Part shown: one piece after another, positions 46,609 to 55,365 of the stretch
Layout of the letters: every line of letters starts with the position of its first letter
How positions within the stretch are numbered: position 1 is the first letter of the stretch
Origin: Eubacteriales bacterium
GTDB lineage: Bacteria > Bacillota > Clostridia > Oscillospirales > CAG-272
NCBI GenBank assembly: GCA_045602215.1
Contig: JAZSBE010000060.1
Location: 536 to 64,535, forward strand
Reading direction: 5' to 3'
DNA length: 64,000 nucleotides
Notes under the pieces: generated by a model
The model's database searches: none
What the model was told of the DNA's origin: nothing
Seen by the model: the letters and a program-made list of their open reading frames with translations, nothing else
Position numbers and translations under genes: made by a program

Positions 46609-47481
46609 ATGAGAGAAGAACATAAGGGCAAAATGAAGATCCTGATCGCTTTTGGGGTTTTGTTTTTGGTTGTCGCGATCCTCTTGGCACTTATTTTCCT
46701 GGATAGCAAAAAGTCGTACACCGTAGAATTTGACTTGAATGGCGGTACGCTTTTGGGCGGATCCTTGGTGCAGCGTGTTTTGCAGGGGCAGGATGCCGTT
46801 CCGCCGTCTGTTGTAAAGGATGGCGCATATCTGCGCGGCTGGAGCGCATCCTATCGCAAAATTACAAAAGATATCGTAATCGAGGCTATTTGGGAGTACG
46901 AAACGACCGCAGGTATTATTTATTCGGATAGCGAAAGTCAAAATTTTGTTGAAATTGAAAGGGCATACGAACTTTTGACCGGAGACGTCTATCTGGGCGC
47001 GTATTACAATGACAAGAAGGTGCTTGGCATTCTTGACGGCGCATTCAAGGACTGCAGAGGCGTCACGAGAGTCTATTTGCTTGACGGTCTGGTCAAGATT
47101 GGAGATCATGCGTTTGATAACTGCGTCTCCTTGACGGAAATCGAAGTTCCTGAAACGGTTATACGCATCGGGGGATATGCATTCGTCAATTGTTCGGATC
47201 TTGAAAAATTGACCTTGAACGAGGGGCTTTGGGAGATCGGTGAGTGTGCTTTTGCCGGATGCACGGGTCTGACCGAGGTGATTCTGCCCGAAAGCGTGAT
47301 CACCATTGAGGCAAACGCCTTTATGGGATGCACGGATCTTGTGATCAAGACCACGATTCCGCAGGAGGAATGGCCCGAGAGCTGGGCGGAAGGGTGGTAC
47401 GGTGACGCCACCGTTGAAGTTATCGAGGTCGAAGATGAAGCCGCAGCTGAAGAAGAGGATGAAGGGAAGGGTGATCGCTGA
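46609..47481 (+). CDS. Membrane-anchored BspA-type leucine-rich-repeat protein with Listeria-Bacteroides-type repeat
   Basis: N-terminal TM helix. YTVEFDLNGGTL...GW (Flg_new/InlB-B-like repeat). LRR_5-style repeats follow (I.DHAFDNCVSLTEIEVPETV..IG.YAF.NCS.L). Acidic C-terminal tail. The ATG at 46609 follows AAGGAGA. Confidence 0.75.
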   Translation: MREEHKGKMKILIAFGVLFLVVAILLALIFLDSKKSYTVEFDLNGGTLLGGSLVQRVLQGQDAVPPSVVKDGAYLRGWSASYRKITKDIVIEAIWEYETTAGIIYSDSESQNFVEIERAYELLTGDVYLGAYYNDKKVLGILDGAFKDCRGVTRVYLLDGLVKIGDHAFDNCVSLTEIEVPETVIRIGGYAFVNCSDLEKLTLNEGLWEIGECAFAGCTGLTEVILPESVITIEANAFMGCTDLVIKTTIPQEEWPESWAEGWYGDATVEVIEVEDEAAAEEEDEGKGDR

Positions 47482-47483
47482 TT

Positions 47484-48269
47484 ATGCATATGATGCAAAT
47501 GCTCGGCGGTCTGTCGTTGGTCTTCTTTGTCGCTTTGTTTTTGATGTGCTTCTTCCGAGAGAAGCTGAAACATCCGCTTGTCAATCCGCTGTTTTTGATT
47601 GTGTGTGCGGTGTTTTTCTTCTGCTGGAACTATGCCGCCTACGAGCGCGGATGGCTTGAGGATGGCTTCATGACCCTTGAGAACATCAGCCCTTATATTT
47701 GCACGGTGATTCTTTTTACGCCGTTTCTGAGTGAAAAGCTCAGGGGCTTTGCTTACTCTGCCATTGCTTTTTTTGGCTTTGGAATGTTCCTTGCTCTTTA
47801 TATCAGCCCGGGTGAACAATATTTCATAAGCCATGTCTACACCGCCACCTTTATGCACATCAGTGAGGCGGCTTGCCACCTGATCATGGCTTTGTACGGG
47901 TTCTATCTGATTTTGGTCGGCAGGGTCAAGCTGACATGGATCAGCTTTGGAAAAGCTGTGGTTTTTGCGTACGCCTCCATAGGTTTTGGCGTGTTTCTCA
48001 ACTGGTGCTTCCACCTTGCCAACTTCGGCATGAATATGTACGGTGATTATTCCATCTACTTCCTCAGAATTTTCGGAAGCTTTGAGGGTACCTTTGTGGC
48101 TTACCTGCTTGGCGTTTTGGGAACACTCGTTATGGGATTTCTCATTGGGATCTTCCTTGATTGGTTTTCCAGACCCAAAGAGACGGCGAACAACGTCATT
48201 GAGGACGGTACCATCGAGGATGCCGCAACGGAGAACGGTATAACGGAAACTGACACAACGGAAAATTAA
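47484..48269 (+). CDS. Hypothetical integral membrane protein
   Basis: 261 aa with about 7 TM segments and an acidic T/E-rich C-terminus. It starts 3 nt after the LRR gene. I recognise no family signature. Confidence 0.6.
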   Translation: MHMMQMLGGLSLVFFVALFLMCFFREKLKHPLVNPLFLIVCAVFFFCWNYAAYERGWLEDGFMTLENISPYICTVILFTPFLSEKLRGFAYSAIAFFGFGMFLALYISPGEQYFISHVYTATFMHISEAACHLIMALYGFYLILVGRVKLTWISFGKAVVFAYASIGFGVFLNWCFHLANFGMNMYGDYSIYFLRIFGSFEGTFVAYLLGVLGTLVMGFLIGIFLDWFSRPKETANNVIEDGTIEDAATENGITETDTTEN

Positions 48270-48369
48270 ACGAAAAGATCTTATAACCGGCGCAATGCTC
48301 CCAACGGAGGATCGCGTCGGTTTCGTTTATCTTTTCGGAGTGGGATTTTTTATTTTGGCAAAAAATCTC

Positions 48370-48398
48370 TTTACAAAGTTTATTTGATATGATATAAT
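48370..48398 (+). promoter_or_regulatory. Candidate sigma-A promoter of the rsuA-like gene
   Basis: TTTACA (48370-75), 17-nt spacer, TATAAT (48393-98). Confidence 0.5.
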
Positions 48399-48434
48399 AA
48401 AGAGGTAGAAAGATGAGAGAGGGGAGGCGTTTGA

Positions 48435-49145
48435 ATGCGATTGGATCGGTTGCTTTCCGAATGTAAAATTGCAACCCGAACCGAGGCGGTAAAGGCGTGT
48501 CGGGCAGGACTTGTTACGGTCAACGGAACGGTCGCTCGCAAGTCGGATCAACAGGTTGATCCCGAGCGGGATCGCATCGTGTTCTCGGGTGAATCCGTGG
48601 AATATCGGAAGTTTTTCTATATTCTATTGAACAAGCCCGACGGCTATATCAGCGCGACCGAGGACGGTAAAGATCCCGTTGTGACCGAGCTTTTACCCGA
48701 AAAGTACCGCAAAATGGGCTTGTTTCCCTGCGGACGGCTGGACAAGCACACGCTCGGGTTGATGCTTCTGACAAACGACGGCGCGCTCTCTCACAGATTG
48801 CTTGCTCCCAAGAGCCACGTGACCAAGAGCTACGGCTTTTCGGTCCGCTTTTCGCTCTCGGCGGAGGACGTCAGCCGACTGGAGGCGGGGGTGGATATCG
48901 GGGATTACGTGACCAAGCCCTGTCGGGTGGAGCTTCGCTCCGAAACGGAGGGCGTGATCTTTATCACCGAAGGAAAGTATCATCAGATCAAACGCATGAT
49001 GGAGGCGGTCAACAACCGCATCACCTATCTGGAACGGTTGACCTTCGGACCGCTCTCGCTGGACCCCGCGCTTGACCGAGGGGACTGGAGACTCTTGACC
49101 GATGAAGAGGAAAAGGCGCTTTTGGATGCCACAAAAAGGAAATAA
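48435..49145 (+). CDS. rsuA: Pseudouridine synthase, RsuA/RluB family
   Basis: S4 domain (MRLDRLLSE....RTEA......G.V.VNG) and the catalytic GRLDKHTLGLMLLTNDG. Confidence 0.88.
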   Translation: MRLDRLLSECKIATRTEAVKACRAGLVTVNGTVARKSDQQVDPERDRIVFSGESVEYRKFFYILLNKPDGYISATEDGKDPVVTELLPEKYRKMGLFPCGRLDKHTLGLMLLTNDGALSHRLLAPKSHVTKSYGFSVRFSLSAEDVSRLEAGVDIGDYVTKPCRVELRSETEGVIFITEGKYHQIKRMMEAVNNRITYLERLTFGPLSLDPALDRGDWRLLTDEEEKALLDATKRK

Positions 49146-49166
49146 GTTAGAAAGGTTTTTCATTGT

Positions 49167-51323
49167 ATGAACATGATTGAGACGATTGCGGCGGAGTTTG
49201 GACTGAAGGTCGATCAGGTCGAGAAGACGGTCGCATTGATTGACGAGGGCAACACCATTCCTTTTATTGCGCGTTACCGTAAAGAGGTGACGGGAAGTCT
49301 GGACGATAGCGTGTTGCGTGATCTTAACGACCGCTTGAATTTTTTGAGAAATTTGCAAAAGCGCAAGGAAGAGGTGTCGGCGCTCATTACCGCGCAGGAC
49401 AAGATGACACCCGAGATCCAAGCGGCAATTGATGCAGCCAAGACCATCACCGAGGTGGACGATATTTATCGCCCCTTCCGTCCTCACAGAAAGACGCGCG
49501 CGTCGGTTGCAAGAGAGAAGGGACTGGAGCCTCTTGCAGAGCTTTTGCTGGCTCAAGAGCCTTCGTACACCCCCTCGATTGACGAGCAGGCGGCTGCTTT
49601 CATTGATGAAGAAAAGGGTGTTGGCAGCATAGAAGAGGCCCTTCAGGGCGCAAGAGATATCATCGCAGAGGATATCTCGGACAATGCAGAGTACCGCAAG
49701 GAGATCCGCGCGCTGACCTTCGCAAACGGAACGCTCAACGCGCGCAATGCCAAGGACGAGGATTCGGTTTACGCGCAGTATTACGAGTATTCCGAGCTTC
49801 TTAAAAAGGTTCTGCCGCATCGCGTTTTGGCGCTCAACCGTGGCGAAAAGGAAGAGTTTTTGAAGGTCTCGATTTCGGTCGAGGAAAACATCGTTCTGCA
49901 GGGACTTCGCGCAAGGATCCTTCTCGGAAACGGCAGTCCTGCTACTGAGCACGTGGCAATGGCGCTGACCGACAGCTATCAGAGATTGATCGCTCCCTCC
50001 ATTGAGAGAGAGATCAGAAGCGACATTTTTGACAACGCCTGTGAGGGCGCAATCAAGGTCTTTGCCGACAACCTCAGCCACCTTTTGATGCAATCGCCCT
50101 TGAAAGGGAAGACAGTTTTGGGATTCGACCCCGGTTATGCGCACGGCTGCAAGCTTGCGGTGGTTGACAAGATCGGAAAGGTTATCGACACGGGCGTGAT
50201 CTATCCCGTCAAGCCTCGTGAGGAGATCGAAAAGAGCAAGCGGATCGTCAAGCAGATGATCACGAAGCACGGCGTTGACGTGATTGCGATCGGAAACGGT
50301 ACGGCGTCCAAGGAAAGCGAGATCTTTATTGCAAATCTCATCAAGGAGATTGACAGAGACGTAAAATACATCGTTGTAAGCGAGGCGGGTGCATCCATTT
50401 ATTCTGCCTCCAAGCTGGCGGCGGAGGAATTTCCCGAGTTTGACGTCATGCAGAGAAGCGCGGTTTCGATTGCAAGACGTCTGCAGGATCCTCTGGCAGA
50501 GTTGATCAAGATCGATCCGAAGGGAATCGGTGTCGGACAGTATCAGCACGATATGAAGCAGGCAAGACTTGACGAGGCACTCGGCGGTGTGGTTGAGGAT
50601 TGCGTAAACTCGGTTGGAGTTGACATCAATACGGCATCCTTCTCGCTCCTCGCGCATATTGCGGGAATCAATTCCACGTCGGCGAAGAACATCGTTCGCT
50701 ACCGTGAGGAAAACGGAGAATTTTCCTCGCGCGCACAGCTTTTGAAGGTACCGAGAATCGGCGCGAAGGCATACGAGCAGGCGGCTGGATTTTTGCGCGT
50801 GCCGGGAGGCAAGAACATTCTTGACAACACAGGCGTACATCCCGAATCCTATGAGGCTGCTGAAAAGCTTCTCGAGCTCTTTGGTTATACCAGAGAGGAC
50901 GTGAAGGCAGGCAATCTCAAGGAACTTGGCAAGAAGGTGGAACAGATGGGCGCGCGCTCGGTTTGCGAGAAGCTCGGCATCGGCTTGCCGACCTTGGAAG
51001 ACATCGTGTCGGAACTGCAGAAGCCCGGACGCGACATTCGTGATACGCTTCCGCCTCCCGTTCTCAGAGATGACATTCTCAGCCTTGAGGATTTGAAGCC
51101 TGATATGGAGCTGACGGGAACCGTCAGAAACGTCATTGACTTCGGCGCGTTCGTTGACATCGGCGTGCATCAGGACGGATTGGTTCACATTTCCCAGCTC
51201 TCGGATCGCTTTGTAAAGCATCCGTCCGAGGTTGTGAAGGTAGGGGACATCGTCACCGTCTGGGTCATCAGCGTTGACGTTCAAAAGAAGAGAATTGCAC
51301 TCAGAATGAAGAAAAAAGCTTAA
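49167..51323 (+). CDS. tex: Tex-like transcription accessory protein (S1 RNA-binding)
   Basis: 718 aa. The N-terminus ...V.LIDEGNTIPFIARYRKE.TG.LD is diagnostic for Tex. YqgF/HhH middle region and a C-terminal S1 domain (G.V.NV.DFGAFVDIG.HQDGLVHIS). Confidence 0.92.
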   Translation: MNMIETIAAEFGLKVDQVEKTVALIDEGNTIPFIARYRKEVTGSLDDSVLRDLNDRLNFLRNLQKRKEEVSALITAQDKMTPEIQAAIDAAKTITEVDDIYRPFRPHRKTRASVAREKGLEPLAELLLAQEPSYTPSIDEQAAAFIDEEKGVGSIEEALQGARDIIAEDISDNAEYRKEIRALTFANGTLNARNAKDEDSVYAQYYEYSELLKKVLPHRVLALNRGEKEEFLKVSISVEENIVLQGLRARILLGNGSPATEHVAMALTDSYQRLIAPSIEREIRSDIFDNACEGAIKVFADNLSHLLMQSPLKGKTVLGFDPGYAHGCKLAVVDKIGKVIDTGVIYPVKPREEIEKSKRIVKQMITKHGVDVIAIGNGTASKESEIFIANLIKEIDRDVKYIVVSEAGASIYSASKLAAEEFPEFDVMQRSAVSIARRLQDPLAELIKIDPKGIGVGQYQHDMKQARLDEALGGVVEDCVNSVGVDINTASFSLLAHIAGINSTSAKNIVRYREENGEFSSRAQLLKVPRIGAKAYEQAAGFLRVPGGKNILDNTGVHPESYEAAEKLLELFGYTREDVKAGNLKELGKKVEQMGARSVCEKLGIGLPTLEDIVSELQKPGRDIRDTLPPPVLRDDILSLEDLKPDMELTGTVRNVIDFGAFVDIGVHQDGLVHISQLSDRFVKHPSEVVKVGDIVTVWVISVDVQKKRIALRMKKKA

Positions 51324-51530
51324 ATTCGGTTGATATCTTAATATATTAAAATCGCAAAAGAGGAATTGGCCGAAAAGAACATGTCTGTTTGTGCAAGATG
51401 TATAAATATAAGAATGCAATTTTGGGCAATTACCCTCTTCCATTTTTACGAAAAATTTGGTACAATTATATACGATGAAAATAATGTCTACAAGCTATAT
51501 TGCAAGGAGACACAGGAGGAAAATACAAGT

Positions 51531-52646
51531 ATGGCAAGTTTATCTCTGAAGCATATTTACAAGAAGTATCCCGGCGGCGTTACTGCAGTATCCGACTTCA
51601 ACCTGGAGATCAAGGACAAGGAGTTCCTGGTTCTCGTAGGACCTTCCGGTTGCGGTAAGTCCACCACTCTGCGTATGATCGCAGGTCTGGAGGAGATCTC
51701 CGAGGGTGAGCTCCGCATCGGCGACCGTTTGGTAAACGACGTTGCTCCTAAGGATCGTAAGATCGCGATGGTGTTCCAGAACTACGCTCTGTATCCTCAT
51801 ATGTCCGTGTTTGAGAACATGGCATTCGGTCTGAAGCTGAGCAAGGTTCCGAAGGACGTCATCAAGAAGAAGGTTGAGGACGCAGCTCGCGTGCTCGACA
51901 TCACCCACCTGCTTGACCGTAAGCCGAAGGCTCTCTCCGGTGGTCAGAAGCAGCGTGTTGCTCTCGGACGTGCAATCGTTCGTAACCCTGAGGTATTCTT
52001 GCTTGACGAGCCGCTTTCCAACTTGGACGCAAAGCTTCGTGCTGCGATGAGAACCGAGTTGACCAAGCTTCACAACCGCGTTGAGACCACCTTCGTATAC
52101 GTAACGCACGACCAGGTAGAGGCTATGACCATGGCTACCAGAATCGTCGTTATGAAGGACGGTCTGATTCAGCAGGCTGACGCTCCTCAGAAGCTCTACG
52201 ACGAGCCCGTAAATATGTTCGTTGCAGGCTTTATCGGAACGCCTCAGATGAACTTCATGGAAGGTAAGCTTGAGGAGAAGGACGGCGCGCTGTACTTCGT
52301 TTACGAGGGCAACTACCTCAAGATGCCCGAGGACAAGGCAAAGGCTCCCGAGCTTCAGGAGTACATTGGCAAGGAGGTATTCGGCGGTCTCCGTCCCGAG
52401 TGTATCTTTGACGATGAGCAGAACCTTGAGAAGCATGCTGACGCAGCGTTCGATACCGACGTTGACGTAACCGAGTTGATGGGCGCTGAGATTTATCTGT
52501 ACCTCAACGTTGGAGAAGAGGGCAAGCTGATCGCTCGCGTTTCCTCCAGATCCAAGACTCGCGCAGGCGACAAGATCAAGGTTGCTTTCGATATGACCAG
52601 ACTTCATATCTTTGATAAGGATACCGAGCGTTGCGTTCTGCACTAA
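51531..52646 (+). CDS. msmX: Carbohydrate ABC transporter ATP-binding protein (MsmX/MalK/UgpC type), orphan
   Basis: L.L.HIYKKYPGG..AV.DFNL.I.D.EF.V.VGPSGCGKSTTLRMIAGLE, LSGGQ.QRVA.GRA and a C-terminal regulatory/TOBE domain. The ATG at 51531 follows AGGAGGA. Confidence 0.9.
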   Translation: MASLSLKHIYKKYPGGVTAVSDFNLEIKDKEFLVLVGPSGCGKSTTLRMIAGLEEISEGELRIGDRLVNDVAPKDRKIAMVFQNYALYPHMSVFENMAFGLKLSKVPKDVIKKKVEDAARVLDITHLLDRKPKALSGGQKQRVALGRAIVRNPEVFLLDEPLSNLDAKLRAAMRTELTKLHNRVETTFVYVTHDQVEAMTMATRIVVMKDGLIQQADAPQKLYDEPVNMFVAGFIGTPQMNFMEGKLEEKDGALYFVYEGNYLKMPEDKAKAPELQEYIGKEVFGGLRPECIFDDEQNLEKHADAAFDTDVDVTELMGAEIYLYLNVGEEGKLIARVSSRSKTRAGDKIKVAFDMTRLHIFDKDTERCVLH

Positions 52647-52660
52647 TCGGTATGATAAAA

Positions 52661-52692
52661 AGGCATCGCGGATACTCCGCGATGCCTTTTTG
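52661..52692 (+). terminator. Rho-independent terminator
   Basis: aggcatcgcgga (52661-72), loop tac, tccgcgatgcct (52676-87), followed by TTTT. Confidence 0.75.
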
Positions 52693-52878
52693 GTGTTTTG
52701 GAGTGCAAATCACAATATTTTTGACCGAAATGGGAAATATTTTTAACAAAAATCACGAAAATTTTCAAAAAACTATAGATTTTTTCTACATAATGTAGTA
52801 TAATGTATTTGTTGTGTGTTGCAATTCAGAATGCAACGGTGAAAATGACGAAAAACAAGTTAGGAGGCTGCTTGAATT

Positions 52879-53373
52879 ATGAAGAAGAAACTGACGATGG
52901 TCGAGTTTCACGGGACCAAAGAGCAAGAAGAGGCTTTGCTGAAGGTCATTGAAAAGCATATCGGAGAAAAGGGCTCCATGATGCCGATCCTTCAGGAGGC
53001 GCAGGAGATCTACGGTTATCTTCCGATTGAGGTTCAGAAGATCATCGCTGACAAGACCGGTGTTTCCCTCGAGGAGATCTTTGGAATCGTGTCTTTCTAT
53101 GCTCAGTTCAAACTGAATCCCGACGGTCAGTACGCGATTGCCGTTTGTCTGGGAACCGCTTGCTACGTAAAGGGATCGGGAGACATTATCGAAAAGATTT
53201 CCGAGCGACTCAACGTTCCGATCGGAAGCACGTCGGCTGACGGCAAGTATTCCATTGAGGCAACCCGTTGCATCGGTGCGTGCGGACTGGCTCCTGTTCT
53301 GACCGTGAACGGCGAGGTTTACGGAAGACTGACCGTTGATGACGTTGACGGTATTCTTGCAAAATACATCTGA
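52879..53373 (+). CDS. hydC: [FeFe]-hydrogenase small subunit HydC (NuoE-like, thioredoxin-like [2Fe-2S])
   Basis: 164 aa. MPILQEAQEIYGYLP, VCLGTACYVKG and CIGACGLAPV are NuoE-type motifs. Confidence 0.88.
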   Translation: MKKKLTMVEFHGTKEQEEALLKVIEKHIGEKGSMMPILQEAQEIYGYLPIEVQKIIADKTGVSLEEIFGIVSFYAQFKLNPDGQYAIAVCLGTACYVKGSGDIIEKISERLNVPIGSTSADGKYSIEATRCIGACGLAPVLTVNGEVYGRLTVDDVDGILAKYI

Positions 53374-53421
53374 TCTTTCGGGATCTGTGATTTATAATAA
53401 AGAGAGAGAGGAACCGAATTT

Positions 53422-55347
53422 ATGATATCTTTGGTTGAACTTGAAAAGATCAGAGAAACAATGAAGGAATCTTTGATTCTTCGAAACGATAATAAGGACG
53501 TCAAGGCGGGTGGAGACAGCAAGGTTCGCGCACATGTTTTGTGCTGCGGCGGAACCGGCTGTACGTCTTCCGGAAGCCCCAAGATTCAGGCTGCGTTTGA
53601 GTCTGAAATCGCAAAGCAGGGCCTTTCCGAGGAGATCAAGGTGATCCAGACCGGATGCTTTGGACTTTGCGCGCTTGGTCCTGTCGTCATCGTGTATCCC
53701 GGCGGAACCTTCTACAGCAACGTAACCGTTGAGGACGTTGCAGAGATCGTTTCCGAGCATCTGGTGAACGGACGGGCTGTCGAGAGATTGGTCTACAACG
53801 ACGTTGCAGATGCTGACGTGGTAGAGGATGCACACTATTCCTTGAATGATACGATTTTCTATAAATCTCAGTACCGTCTGGCACTCCGTAACTGCGGTGT
53901 GATCGACCCTGAGAACATTGACGAGTACATCGGTAGAGACGGATATAAGGCACTTGGCAAGGTGCTGACCGAGATGACGCCCGATCAGGTTATCGAGACC
54001 ATTCTGGCATCCGGACTTCGCGGACGCGGCGGCGCAGGATTCCCCACGGGTATGAAGTGGAAGTTTGCCTCCGGCAACCGCGGCAACGTTCAGAAGTACG
54101 TTTGCTGTAACGCGGACGAGGGTGACCCCGGCGCGTTCATGGACCGTTCCGTGCTGGAGGGGGACCCCCACGCATTGATCGAGGCAATGGCGATCGCAGG
54201 CTATGCGATCGGAGCAGATCAGGGTTACGTTTACGTTCGTGCAGAGTATCCCATCGCCGTAAACCGTCTGAAGATCGCGATTGAGCAGGCAAAAGAGAAG
54301 GGACTTCTCGGTGAGAATATTTTCGGAACCGGATTCAACTTTGATTTGGACATCCGTTTGGGCGCAGGCGCCTTCGTGTGCGGTGAGGAGACCGCTCTGA
54401 TGACCTCTATCGAGGGTAACAGAGGTGAGCCTCGTCCCCGTCCTCCGTTCCCGGCTGTCAAGGGTCTGTTTGGCAAGCCTACCGTTTTGAATAACGTGGA
54501 AACCTATGCAAACATTCCGCAGATCATTCTCAACGGCGTGGAGTGGTTCACAAGCATCGGAACCGAGAAATCCAAGGGTACGAAGGTCTTTGCGCTTGGC
54601 GGAAAGATCAAGAACACCGGTCTTGTTGAGGTTCCTATGGGTACCACGCTCCGTCATATCATCGAGGAGATCGGCGGCGGTATCCCGAACGGAAAGCAGT
54701 TTAAGGCAGCGCAGACCGGCGGACCCTCCGGCGGATGCATTCCTTCTCACTTGATCGATACCCCCATCGACTACGATAACCTTTTGGAGATCGGTTCGAT
54801 GATGGGATCGGGCGGACTCATCGTCATGGATGAGGACAACTGTATGGTTGACATCGCTCGCTTCTTCCTGGAGTTCACGGTTGACGAGTCCTGCGGAAAG
54901 TGCACGCCTTGCCGAATCGGAACCAGAAGATTGCTTGAGATTCTGGATAAGATCATTGAGGGTAAGGGCGAGATGGAGGATCTTGATCGCCTCGAGGAGC
55001 TCTCCAACTACATCAAGTCCGCATCCCTTTGCGGACTGGGTCAGACCGCTCCGAACCCCGTGCTTTCCACGCTTCGCTACTTCAGAGATGAATATATCGC
55101 GCACATCGTGGACAAGAAGTGTCCGGCAGGCGTATGCAAGAAGCTGATTCGCTTCAGCATCGACGCCGACAAGTGTATCGGTTGCGGTATGTGCGCAAGA
55201 AATTGTCCTGCAGACGCCATTCGCAAGACTACTTACGTGGCTCCCGGTCACAAGCTGCCGTCTCTTGAGATTGATCCCGCAAAGTGCGTGAAGTGCGGAG
55301 CTTGTCTGGATTCTTGTAAGAAGATCAAGGCGATTTCCAAGGGCTAA
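53422..55347 (+). CDS. hydB: [FeFe]-hydrogenase flavoprotein subunit HydB (NuoF-like)
   Basis: N-terminal [2Fe-2S] domain, GLRGRGGAGFPTGMKWKF (FMN/NADH site), ESCGKCTPCR (N3-type cluster), and a C-terminal 2x[4Fe-4S] region (CIGCGMCARNCP, CVKCGACLDSC). Confidence 0.9.
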   Translation: MISLVELEKIRETMKESLILRNDNKDVKAGGDSKVRAHVLCCGGTGCTSSGSPKIQAAFESEIAKQGLSEEIKVIQTGCFGLCALGPVVIVYPGGTFYSNVTVEDVAEIVSEHLVNGRAVERLVYNDVADADVVEDAHYSLNDTIFYKSQYRLALRNCGVIDPENIDEYIGRDGYKALGKVLTEMTPDQVIETILASGLRGRGGAGFPTGMKWKFASGNRGNVQKYVCCNADEGDPGAFMDRSVLEGDPHALIEAMAIAGYAIGADQGYVYVRAEYPIAVNRLKIAIEQAKEKGLLGENIFGTGFNFDLDIRLGAGAFVCGEETALMTSIEGNRGEPRPRPPFPAVKGLFGKPTVLNNVETYANIPQIILNGVEWFTSIGTEKSKGTKVFALGGKIKNTGLVEVPMGTTLRHIIEEIGGGIPNGKQFKAAQTGGPSGGCIPSHLIDTPIDYDNLLEIGSMMGSGGLIVMDEDNCMVDIARFFLEFTVDESCGKCTPCRIGTRRLLEILDKIIEGKGEMEDLDRLEELSNYIKSASLCGLGQTAPNPVLSTLRYFRDEYIAHIVDKKCPAGVCKKLIRFSIDADKCIGCGMCARNCPADAIRKTTYVAPGHKLPSLEIDPAKCVKCGACLDSCKKIKAISKG

Positions 55348-55365
55348 GAAAGGGGAATTGTGAAA

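Noticed and set aside
51324-51530. A possible riboswitch or leader in the 207-nt gap upstream of the msmX-like gene. Long-range complementarity exists between aagaggaattggcc and gggcaattaccctctt.
   Set aside because: The enclosed loop is about 60 nt with no further convincing structure, and I recognise no conserved riboswitch blocks. It is probably just the tex 3' region plus a promoter.
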